Source of the DNA: a virus
Taxonomy: Duplodnaviria; Caudoviricetes
Reading direction: 5' to 3' (one strand)
DNA: 59,488 bases
IMG/VR virus record: IMGVR_UViG_3300020165_000023
Span: 1-59,488 of that record
Made by a program: the position numbers and the translations under genes. Numbering within the stretch: position 1 is the stretch's first letter; each line of letters starts with the position of its first letter. The notes below the pieces were generated by a model. That model saw only the letters and a program-made list of their open reading frames with translations, was not told where the DNA came from and made no database searches. Positions 27,201 to 35,078 of this stretch are shown here, in pieces.

Positions 27201-29822
27201 CGTGGCAAAGAAACACGCAAGTATAACTTTAGTAACCTGACGTCTGGTGCATTTATGCGGGCGCGTAAGGTATTCTTCCGTGCACGTGGTCTGAAGCCTA
27301 ACACTAAGTTCTTTGCTTTCTTTGACGGCAAGGGTGTTGATCACCTGGTACGTCAAGAAACATCGTTTAGTAACTACATCAGCCGTGATGAGAATGCAGC
27401 TTCGTCTAAGTTTACGCAAAACGAAAGTCATCCTGATGGTGAAACGGTTTTGCAGACAAATCATCGTGGTGATTTGATTGGCTCATTCTTCATTCCACAT
27501 GGTGTATTTGCAGCAGGTGCGCGTGAGTTTAAGCTGCTTGATATTGAAATCGATAATAATGAAATGGCTTCATCTGGTGCGTTCACTGATTACAGCACTA
27601 AGCGTCGTCCTGTAGTTCAGCCTAAGCCACGTCCTAAGCCACGCCCGGTTCCTAAGCCACGTCCGCCGCGGCCTACACCGGCACCACCTACGGCTCCGAC
27701 ACCACCGTCACCACCAAAAGTAATCACACCGAAGCCTTCGCCTCCGTCTAAAAATGGATGTGGTGACGGTAAGTACAAATATGCACTGAAACGTTACGGC
27801 GTGAACGTCAGAGAAGGCGGCCTTGGTGGTTGGCCTCGCTTGAACTTCGGACGCTGTATGACCCCAGAAGAAGCAAGGGTTCAAAATATACAATTAGCTA
27901 AAATGAAGACAAGCTTCACGGAGCAATGGGTTCGGCAATGGTGGCCAGTAAAGAAGGCAAACATTTCGGCATCTAGCCACCAGCTTTTTGGTTCGCGGTC
28001 TGCTACGATTGCTAAAGCCCCTGGTTCTGTTCGTAAACCATCAACTACGCGTATTACAAGTACACCTGTAACTAAAAAGTACTCGTTGTTCTCGAACCAT
28101 ATTACACCGGCTACAACAACACGTACGGCTCCTACCCCGATTAAGCGTAATGTTGGTTCTAACGTTTCGTTGTTCGGTTATGGTAACCGCGCCACCGGTT
28201 GGAATGGTTTGCTGAACCCACGTCAGTGTGCATTCAAAGACCCAATTGCTCAGTCTTTCCGTCTGCCTACTGCACTGTCTGCTGGTGGTATTGTTACCGA
28301 AATCGATGTATACTTCCGTACACGTCCAACCGGTGATATTCCAGTACGCTTACAGATTCGCCCAATGATTGCTGGTGTTCCTGATAAGACATTCATTGCT
28401 GAAGTACAATTAAACCGTGATGATGTTAACATTCCAGGTAACTTGAATGATCTGACAACTGTACGTGCAACACCTACAACGTTTACATTTACTAAGCCTG
28501 TTCATTTGCTACCAAACGAAGATTATGCTTTCGTTCTGATTGCTGATACTACTGACTACAATGTATTTGTTGCTAAGACCGGCGCTCTTGAGCTTGGTTC
28601 ATCTTCACTGCGCATTAGTCGCCAGCCTTCGATGGGTTCACTGTTCTTGTCTCAGAATGGCGTAACTTGGTCACCTGATCAAGAGCGTGATATTATGTTT
28701 AACCTGCGTTGTGCAGTGTTTGATATCGAACAAACCGCTGTTGGTGTATTCAACAATGGTGATCTTGTTGATGTGCCACTTAACTCTAATCCATTCTTTG
28801 TTGACTCTGGTTCGACAACGGTATATGTACAGCAGCCTAATAGCGGTCTGATGGCTGGCGATATTGTTTCTTTTGACGGTATCGACTCTGCAGCTGACTA
28901 TGCTGGTATCACGGGTTCAACACTAATGGGCAACCACACGGTTGTTAAAGTTGATGGTACAGGTTATACCTTTGTAGCTGATTCTGCTGCAACTGCAACA
29001 ACAACTATTGGCGGTCTAAACCTTACCGGTACACGTAACATTGTCTTTGATGAGTTCACTCCTACGATTGACTTGTTCCTTGACGACAATACAACTGCTG
29101 ATTTTGTTGTTAACCTTACAGATGGTGCAGGTATTCCAACAGTTAATGATGCATCTAATGGCGCATACACCAAGAACACAACAGATAACATTGTCTACGA
29201 TGATGAGACGTTAGTTCTTGATGCACCTGCAATGATTGCATCGGTTGATTATGAAGAAGCTAAGCTTGGTTCTACTAATCGTTCTGTTGATATGACAGCA
29301 ACCTTTAGTACGGTTAACAAGTTCGTTTCTCCAATCATCGATCTGTCTACTATGACTGCAGTCCTAAATACTAATTTGATTGACAACCAAGACTCCGCTT
29401 CTGAAGTTGGTATCTTGAATAACCCAATCAACTTTGTTGCTGAGACTGATGCATCTGGTGGTACTGCACTGGCTAAGCATGTAACCGAAACGATTACACT
29501 GTCTGAACCAGCTGTTGGTATTAAGGTTCTTCTTGATGCTAACCGTGGCAACAACAGCTTTATCGATGTATACTACAAGACGTTGGCTGAAGGTTCTGAT
29601 GAACTTATCGACGAACAAAACTGGGTATACATTCCAGAAGAAACTAATAACCCAACTGATGAAGATCGTAAGGTGTTCCGTGAATATGAATACCTTGCTG
29701 GTGGTGCAACTGGTACGCTTGATCCATTCACCGCTTACAAGATTAAGATTGTGATGCGTTCTGGTAATAGTTCACATGCGCCATTGATTAGTGCGCTTCG
29801 GGCTATTACACTAGGTACTTAA
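24219..29822 (+). CDS. Large VrlC-like (DUF4815-type) baseplate/virion structural protein
   Basis: YKDDF...NYHRVLF..GRALQARELTQMQT, APGADRY, RTAEESGDY, YTMKDIG.IE.R, RFKTGFFADNF, DPIAQSF. Confidence 0.85.
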   Translation: MTNQFTDTTFSVTYKDDFADSDNYHRVLFNSGRALQARELTQMQTIIQKEIERFANNVFRTGSQVNPAGLTLNTNMEFVKLAGNPDISDFAVGQTVTESSTGIAGLITRIESYVDAENPATFYVTYTSTVGGTSSDALGDREASVRFTPAGTITNGNGTSVSVQTTDTEVDPAVGVGTAVSVSTGAFYAAGHFVQCNPQTIMVDRYFAYPTAQLGFRVDQDIVTADDAIELYDNQNVLPNETAPGADRYRIRLTLVSEYDLSATDNFVYLNTIIDGIFLDETEKSTYGIIGDEMAKRTAEESGDYTVEPFNIELETDLADSDFLLIDISAGTAYVDGYRYATEANTGIALPRARETKTFNNDVSAATFGNFIEIDGTTAKGFPNVDTFEAINLRDSAGYLGSTIGTARVRSVEASGSNYNYYLFDVNMNAGQKFSEVRSMGTATTAVGDVVLEYGNARLNDTANNDLFFTLRHDRPRTMTDISLTVQRRETVTLDGSGVGTLTLTAGDETFTGTNSWIISRTSDGVLIDADSITGSGTSSATITHATSASETIEILTQVNKGAGEVRTKTLTETTATAAIDSDGNGLRFVALGKADIYDLERITSIDSDGVSLADLFTFDNGQRDNFYDQGRLILNPGQTAPTGNVFVRYTYFAHGATGDFFSANSYEGQVNYNAIPVFSKKDGTIIELRNVLDFRSRKDDTGANFSAATARVNELPLNTDTVQADIDYYMPRNDTLVLNKDGTFALIDGTSAFDPKYSALPEGAMALYTLQLNAYTDDENDVNIGYIDNRGYTMKDIGAIEDRVERLEEITTLNLLEAETSKIEVLDADGNNRFKTGFFADNFSDASYSDMKSNEQRVFFDTNAELIRPPVVSNPIRMFLDSSASTNVKLMGNHVLMNYVDSDVLIQDYASEFENVNPFGVISHWGTVELSPEVDYQVTVNFGKAQQLVKKYYELKQSASYDSRKKQIREEFNALVGSSLSIEAFKPSVTTNARGKETRKYNFSNLTSGAFMRARKVFFRARGLKPNTKFFAFFDGKGVDHLVRQETSFSNYISRDENAASSKFTQNESHPDGETVLQTNHRGDLIGSFFIPHGVFAAGAREFKLLDIEIDNNEMASSGAFTDYSTKRRPVVQPKPRPKPRPVPKPRPPRPTPAPPTAPTPPSPPKVITPKPSPPSKNGCGDGKYKYALKRYGVNVREGGLGGWPRLNFGRCMTPEEARVQNIQLAKMKTSFTEQWVRQWWPVKKANISASSHQLFGSRSATIAKAPGSVRKPSTTRITSTPVTKKYSLFSNHITPATTTRTAPTPIKRNVGSNVSLFGYGNRATGWNGLLNPRQCAFKDPIAQSFRLPTALSAGGIVTEIDVYFRTRPTGDIPVRLQIRPMIAGVPDKTFIAEVQLNRDDVNIPGNLNDLTTVRATPTTFTFTKPVHLLPNEDYAFVLIADTTDYNVFVAKTGALELGSSSLRISRQPSMGSLFLSQNGVTWSPDQERDIMFNLRCAVFDIEQTAVGVFNNGDLVDVPLNSNPFFVDSGSTTVYVQQPNSGLMAGDIVSFDGIDSAADYAGITGSTLMGNHTVVKVDGTGYTFVADSAATATTTIGGLNLTGTRNIVFDEFTPTIDLFLDDNTTADFVVNLTDGAGIPTVNDASNGAYTKNTTDNIVYDDETLVLDAPAMIASVDYEEAKLGSTNRSVDMTATFSTVNKFVSPIIDLSTMTAVLNTNLIDNQDSASEVGILNNPINFVAETDASGGTALAKHVTETITLSEPAVGIKVLLDANRGNNSFIDVYYKTLAEGSDELIDEQNWVYIPEETNNPTDEDRKVFREYEYLAGGATGTLDPFTAYKIKIVMRSGNSSHAPLISALRAITLGT

Positions 29823-29823
29823 T

Positions 29824-30036
29824 ATGAACGATAACTTGGTAAAAGTTGATGGTCACCCTGGTTACTATAGAGATATGGTAACTGGGGCAATCGTCAATAA
29901 GAATACATCGGCACTTGATGCCGCTAAAAAGAAGAAAGCAGCTCTCAACCGGGATAGGGAACGGATGGACGAGCTTGAGCAAAAGGTAGATAATCTAACT
30001 GGAATGTTAGAGACTCTACTGACTAAGCTCACTTAG
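29824..30036 (+). CDS. Small coiled-coil protein following VrlC
   Basis: KVDGHPGYYRDMVTGAIVN followed by a heptad-pattern C-terminus. Confidence 0.75.
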   Translation: MNDNLVKVDGHPGYYRDMVTGAIVNKNTSALDAAKKKKAALNRDRERMDELEQKVDNLTGMLETLLTKLT

Positions 30037-30043
30037 TCATACG

Positions 30044-30051
30044 TATAAATA
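30044..30051 (+). promoter_or_regulatory. Late promoter
   Basis: TATAAATA upstream of 30079. Confidence 0.75.
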
Positions 30052-30078
30052 TAAGTAAAAATAAGAGAGCTTTTAACA

Positions 30079-30414
30079 ATGACTCAGTATGCAGACTTGA
30101 CGATTCATCAAGGCAATGATAGTATCTTTCGCCTTGAAGTTCTGGACAGTGATAGGACCCCGAAAGACTTAAGCAGTTTTTCGGCAAAGTCGTCGTTTAA
30201 GCGCACATATAAAAGCTCTGATTCTGACACATACCATTTTCAAACCGCAACAGATTCTGCTGGTAATCTTGATCTTATCTTGGATGGAACTGTATCAGAT
30301 GATATTAAAACAGGCCGCTATTTTTATGATGTGTTTCTTCTGAAAGATAATACTTCAGAAAAGATTCTTGAGGGTCGATTGGAAATTATGCCATCAGCTA
30401 CAAGTATAACATAA
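30079..30414 (+). CDS. Small virion/fibre-anchoring protein (BppU-N-like)
   Basis: LTIHQG...DLS...GRYFYDV...KILEGRLEI.P. Confidence 0.65.
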   Translation: MTQYADLTIHQGNDSIFRLEVLDSDRTPKDLSSFSAKSSFKRTYKSSDSDTYHFQTATDSAGNLDLILDGTVSDDIKTGRYFYDVFLLKDNTSEKILEGRLEIMPSATSIT

Positions 30415-30427
30415 AAAGAGCAAAAAC

Positions 30428-33400
30428 ATGTCCAGAAGAATTGTTTTATCGAGTGGTCCTATCCTCGTAAAAAATATCCGATCCGGTATCCCCACAAGTT
30501 TATACACAAGCTTACTTTCCCTAAAAGATGTAACTGGCACACCCAGCGCCGTAAATCAATATGTTACTTGGGACAGTGATCAGAATAAATTCACGTTTAC
30601 TGCATCAAATGTAGATACTAATGCAATTTCTTTGTTAGTTGATTCTGCTGTATCTACAATCGTTGACTCTGATTATATTAATAATCTATTGGGTGAAACT
30701 ATTGATGCAGCGACACTTAATACACAAAGTGGTTCGTACTACCTCGACTACACTAACTTTACCAATACACCAACTATTCCAGCAGCCTATGGTGATGCTG
30801 ATGTAACCACTTTGGTTGATTCTGCTTACGTCAATGCACGAGTTGATACTGTTAGTGCTGGCACTGACTCTGCTACAGTTCGTACAATTGCTGATGAACA
30901 AATTGCTCTTGCAAGTATCGGTGATTTAGCTGACGTTAATATTGTTGGTGCAGCTGCGGGTAAGATTCTTAAGTATGATGCAGGTGGTTTTATTATTGCA
31001 GCAGACGAAGCGGTTGGTACCGGCCTTGATTCTGATCTTACTATTGCATTAATTGATTCTGCTTACGTCAATGCACGAGTTGATGCGGTTAGTGCTGGTA
31101 CAGATTCCGCTACAGTTCGTACAATTGCTGATGAACAAATCGCGCTGGCAGACACGCATGACTCTGCTACAACTCTTGCACAGATTAATGCAACAGTTAA
31201 CCAATCTTATATTGATGCTCTTGACACGCATGATAGCGCAGCAGTTCAAGATCAAATCGATGCAACTATTGCATCGACTGATACTCATGACTCAGCTGCG
31301 GTACAGAGCCAGATTGATGCAACTATTGCATTGACTGATACTCATGACTCAGCCGCAGTACAAGGTCAAATTGATGCAACAGTTAATGCATTAGACACTC
31401 ATGACTCAGCTGCAGTACAAGGTCAAATTGATGCAACAGTTAATGCTCTTGATACTCACGATAGTGCAGCAGTCCAGGGTCAGATTAATGCGACCATTAA
31501 TGCATTAGACACCCATGACTCTGCTGCTGTCCTTGGTCAGATTAATGCAACAGTAAATCAAACATTCATTAATCAATTTGATACTCACGATAGTGCAGCA
31601 GTGCAAGGTCAGATTGATACAACTGTTAATGCTCTTGATACACATGATTCTGCGGCAGTGCAAGCGCAAATCAATACAACTGTTAATGCTCTTGATACAC
31701 ATGATTCTGCGGCTGTTCAGGGTCAGATTGATACTACACTAGCTACTGATGTAACAATTGGTGGTAACCTAATAGTTGACGGTTACATTGCTGGTCCAAC
31801 CACAATGACTATTGACCCTGCAACAATTGGTACAGATTCTGGTACGCTGGTTATCTTGGGTAACCTGCAAGTTGAAGGTGAAACTACTACTGTTAACTCA
31901 ACAACAGTTTCTATCTCTGATAAGAATATTGTATTAGCTGATTCTGCTACTAATGCAGCTCAAGCTGATGATGCTGGTATCACTATTAATGGTGCAAACG
32001 CAACTATTCAATATAAGTCGACTGGTGATAAGTGGGAATTTAATAAGCCGCTATTCCATGGTGCTGATCGTGTACTGACTACAGCAGACGATCTTCATGA
32101 CTCGGCTGCTGTTCAAGGTCAAATCGATGTAACTGTTAATGCCCTTGATACTCATGACTCGGCTGCAACATTAGCTCAAATCAATGCAGTAGTTAATGCG
32201 CTTGATACACATGATAGTGCGGCTGTTGTAGGTCAGATTGGTCTTGAAGTTACCAAGACGTTTGTTGATGCATTAGCAATCGATTATAATACTCTTACCA
32301 ATACACCAACTATTCCTGCTTTTGGTACTGATTACGTTGACTCAGGCGCAGTTAATCTTCTTATTGCATCTTCCGACACTCATGACTCTGCTGCCGTCTT
32401 GGGTCAAATTAATGCAACTATAAATCAGTCATTCATTGATGCATTAGATACACATGATAGCTCTGCAGTTCAGGGTCAAATTGATGTAACCGTTAATGCA
32501 TTAGATACTCATGATAGCGCAGCAGTTCTTGGTCAGATTAGCGCATCGAGTATTGGCGATCTTATTGATGTTGATTTAACTGGTATTAGTAACCTACAGG
32601 TACTTAAGTGGGATTCTGCTAATAGTAAATTCATTGCGGCTGCTGATGCAACAGCTGGCGGCGGCGGTACAGATGCTGATACACTTGATGGCCAAGATGG
32701 TACTCACTATCTTGATTACAATAACTTTACCAATACACCGACTATTCCGGCATTTGGTACTGATTACGTTGACTCAGCTGCGGTTAATCTTCTTATTGCT
32801 GCAGCAGATACTCACGACTCTGCAGCTGTCTTGGGTCAAATTAATGCAACAGTAAATCAATCCTTTATTGATGCATTTGATACTCACGACTCTGCTGCCA
32901 TTCAAGGCATGATTGATGCAACCCTGATTACAGCAGATACACATGACTCTGCTGCTGTTGTTGGCCAAATTGGTCTTGAGGTTACTAAGACATTTGTTGA
33001 TGCATTAGCAATTGATTATACTACACTAACTAATACACCAACTATTCCATCGTTTGGAAATGATTACGTTGACTCAGCTGCGGTTAATCTTCTTATTGCT
33101 GCAGCAGATACTCATGATAGTGCAGCCGTTCAAGGTCAAATCGATGTAACTGTTAATGCATTAGATACTCATGATTCAGCTGCAGTGCTCGGACAGATTA
33201 ACGCAACAGTTAATCAAGCATTTATTGATCAGTTCGATACACATGATAGTGCTGCTATCCAGACAATGATTGATGCATCCGATACGCATGATAGTGCTGC
33301 TGTTCTTGCTCAAATTAATAGCACGGTTAATCAATCGTTTATTAATGCGTTAGATACACACGATTCCGATGCTATTCAGGCGATGATCGATGTTACCATT

Positions 33401-34948
33401 TCTGGTACAGATATGCATGATAGTGCTGCTGTACAAGGTCAGATTGATGCGTCTCTATCGAGCTTCACTTCATATGACTCTGATGCGGTTGATGCTCAGA
33501 TTGATTCTGCTGTTACCCAGTCATTTGTTCAAGCTTTCATTGATCAAACCTTTATTAATACGTTTGATACTCATGACTCAGCAGCTGTTCTTGGCCAGAT
33601 TAATGCAACTGTTAATGCCCTTGATACGCATGACTCTGATGCGGTGGCTGGCCAAATTAATGCAACTGTTACCCAGTCATTTGTTCAAGCTTTCATTGAT
33701 CAAACCTTTATTGACAGCTTTGACACACATGATAGTGCTGCTATCCAAGCAATGGTCGATGCAACTGTGTCAACAACCGATACTCATGACTCAGCAGCTG
33801 TTCTCGGCCAGATTAATGCAACTGTAAATCAAACATTCATTAATCAGTTTGATACTCATGACTCAGCTGCTATCCAAGCAATGATTAATGTTACCATTTC
33901 TGGTACAGATACACATGATTCTGCTGCTGTTCTTGGTCAGATTAATAGCACGGTTAATCAAACCTTTATTGATGCATTAGATACACATGACTCAGCTGCA
34001 GTCGCGGGTCAGATTAGTGACACGTTGAATGATACGGTAACGATCACCAAGCATTCTACCACTGATCCTGCACTTAAGCTTCAGACAACCGTTAGTACAT
34101 CTAATGCTGCTCCTATCATGGAGTTTGTACGTAATACCGATCAAGCAAACAACGGTGACTACCTAGGTCAGCTGAAGTTTATTGGTGAAGATAGCTCTGG
34201 TACTGCAGACGGTTCTGGTATTGTCTACGCTAAGATGACTGGTAAGATTGCAGACGCAACTGACGGTACAGAAGATGGCTTGCTTGAGTTTGCTGTAAAA
34301 AGCGGTGGTTCAAACCTGATTCTCGCACGTATGACCGGTAACGGCGGCGGTTCCTTTGATCTTGAAAACGGCACCGACCTGACACTTAGTGGTGGTGGTA
34401 ACATCACTGTTAATGGTAACACGGTTCTTACTTCCGCAACAGATACACATGATAGTGCAGCGGTTGTTGGTCAGATTGGTCTTGAGGTTACTAAAACGTT
34501 TGTTGATAACCTCAATGTTGATGCTGATACGGTTGACGGTCTTCATGCCAACCAGTTCTTGCGTTCTGATGCTGATGATACAACAACCGGTAACCTGACT
34601 GTTGAAGGTACATTAACCACATCTGATTTGATCACGTTTGCTGGTGATTCTGCAACGGTTATTAATCTGTCAACGGCTATTGTAGCTACTGCATCGGTTA
34701 ATTCTGTTCAGGCTATTGAAGCTACTGTTGTTTCTGTAAACGCTACCAGCGGAGAACGTCAAGTCTCCAAGGTGCTTCTTACACACGATACTACTGATAC
34801 CCATATGAATGAGTATGCTGTAGTAAACACTGGTTCAACTGACCAGTTTACAATGGATGCTGATATTAACTCAGGTAACTTCAGGCTTAAGTTAGATAAC
34901 ATCTCTGGTAACACATTGTTTGCCAAGTCGTCTGTGACATATCTGTAA
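30428..34948 (+). CDS. Long tail fibre protein 1 with about 33 DTHDSAAV repeats
   Basis: 1506 aa, acidic; fibre motifs (GNLQVEG..TTVNST, DADTLDG, LRSD..D) and tandem 19/24-aa repeats. Confidence 0.8.
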   Translation: MSRRIVLSSGPILVKNIRSGIPTSLYTSLLSLKDVTGTPSAVNQYVTWDSDQNKFTFTASNVDTNAISLLVDSAVSTIVDSDYINNLLGETIDAATLNTQSGSYYLDYTNFTNTPTIPAAYGDADVTTLVDSAYVNARVDTVSAGTDSATVRTIADEQIALASIGDLADVNIVGAAAGKILKYDAGGFIIAADEAVGTGLDSDLTIALIDSAYVNARVDAVSAGTDSATVRTIADEQIALADTHDSATTLAQINATVNQSYIDALDTHDSAAVQDQIDATIASTDTHDSAAVQSQIDATIALTDTHDSAAVQGQIDATVNALDTHDSAAVQGQIDATVNALDTHDSAAVQGQINATINALDTHDSAAVLGQINATVNQTFINQFDTHDSAAVQGQIDTTVNALDTHDSAAVQAQINTTVNALDTHDSAAVQGQIDTTLATDVTIGGNLIVDGYIAGPTTMTIDPATIGTDSGTLVILGNLQVEGETTTVNSTTVSISDKNIVLADSATNAAQADDAGITINGANATIQYKSTGDKWEFNKPLFHGADRVLTTADDLHDSAAVQGQIDVTVNALDTHDSAATLAQINAVVNALDTHDSAAVVGQIGLEVTKTFVDALAIDYNTLTNTPTIPAFGTDYVDSGAVNLLIASSDTHDSAAVLGQINATINQSFIDALDTHDSSAVQGQIDVTVNALDTHDSAAVLGQISASSIGDLIDVDLTGISNLQVLKWDSANSKFIAAADATAGGGGTDADTLDGQDGTHYLDYNNFTNTPTIPAFGTDYVDSAAVNLLIAAADTHDSAAVLGQINATVNQSFIDAFDTHDSAAIQGMIDATLITADTHDSAAVVGQIGLEVTKTFVDALAIDYTTLTNTPTIPSFGNDYVDSAAVNLLIAAADTHDSAAVQGQIDVTVNALDTHDSAAVLGQINATVNQAFIDQFDTHDSAAIQTMIDASDTHDSAAVLAQINSTVNQSFINALDTHDSDAIQAMIDVTISGTDMHDSAAVQGQIDASLSSFTSYDSDAVDAQIDSAVTQSFVQAFIDQTFINTFDTHDSAAVLGQINATVNALDTHDSDAVAGQINATVTQSFVQAFIDQTFIDSFDTHDSAAIQAMVDATVSTTDTHDSAAVLGQINATVNQTFINQFDTHDSAAIQAMINVTISGTDTHDSAAVLGQINSTVNQTFIDALDTHDSAAVAGQISDTLNDTVTITKHSTTDPALKLQTTVSTSNAAPIMEFVRNTDQANNGDYLGQLKFIGEDSSGTADGSGIVYAKMTGKIADATDGTEDGLLEFAVKSGGSNLILARMTGNGGGSFDLENGTDLTLSGGGNITVNGNTVLTSATDTHDSAAVVGQIGLEVTKTFVDNLNVDADTVDGLHANQFLRSDADDTTTGNLTVEGTLTTSDLITFAGDSATVINLSTAIVATASVNSVQAIEATVVSVNATSGERQVSKVLLTHDTTDTHMNEYAVVNTGSTDQFTMDADINSGNFRLKLDNISGNTLFAKSSVTYL

Positions 34949-34954
34949 TGATAT

Positions 34955-34980
34955 AAAGGGGGTTTACATGCCCCCTTTTT
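34955..34980 (+). terminator. Rho-independent terminator after fibre 1
   Basis: AAAGGGGG-tttacatg-CCCCCTTTTT. Confidence 0.7.
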
Positions 34981-35023
34981 CATGTTATTAATATAGAGTC
35001 TCACCGACGAAGGGGGAGAATAG
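34962..35023 (+). repeat. Conserved intergenic element, copy 2
   Basis: GTTTACA-N17-TATTAATATAGAGTCTCACCGA-CGAA-GGGGG-AGAATAG. Confidence 0.85.
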
Positions 35024-35036
35024 GTAATCTACTTTG

Positions 35037-35044
35037 TATAAATA
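35037..35044 (+). promoter_or_regulatory. Late promoter
   Basis: TATAAATA upstream of the fibre 2 GTG start. Confidence 0.75.
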
Positions 35045-35078
35045 TATTTAAATGTATTTCAGACAGGGATAGTGAACT

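Noticed and set aside
27600-28238. Intein in the VrlC-like gene
   Set aside because: No C/S-start block A and no HN-C/S/T end motif.
31140-34020. Possible CRISPR array or diversity-generating retroelement repeats
   Set aside because: The repeats are in-frame coding units with synonymous variation. There are no unique spacers, no adenine-specific TR/VR pair and no reverse transcriptase in the window.
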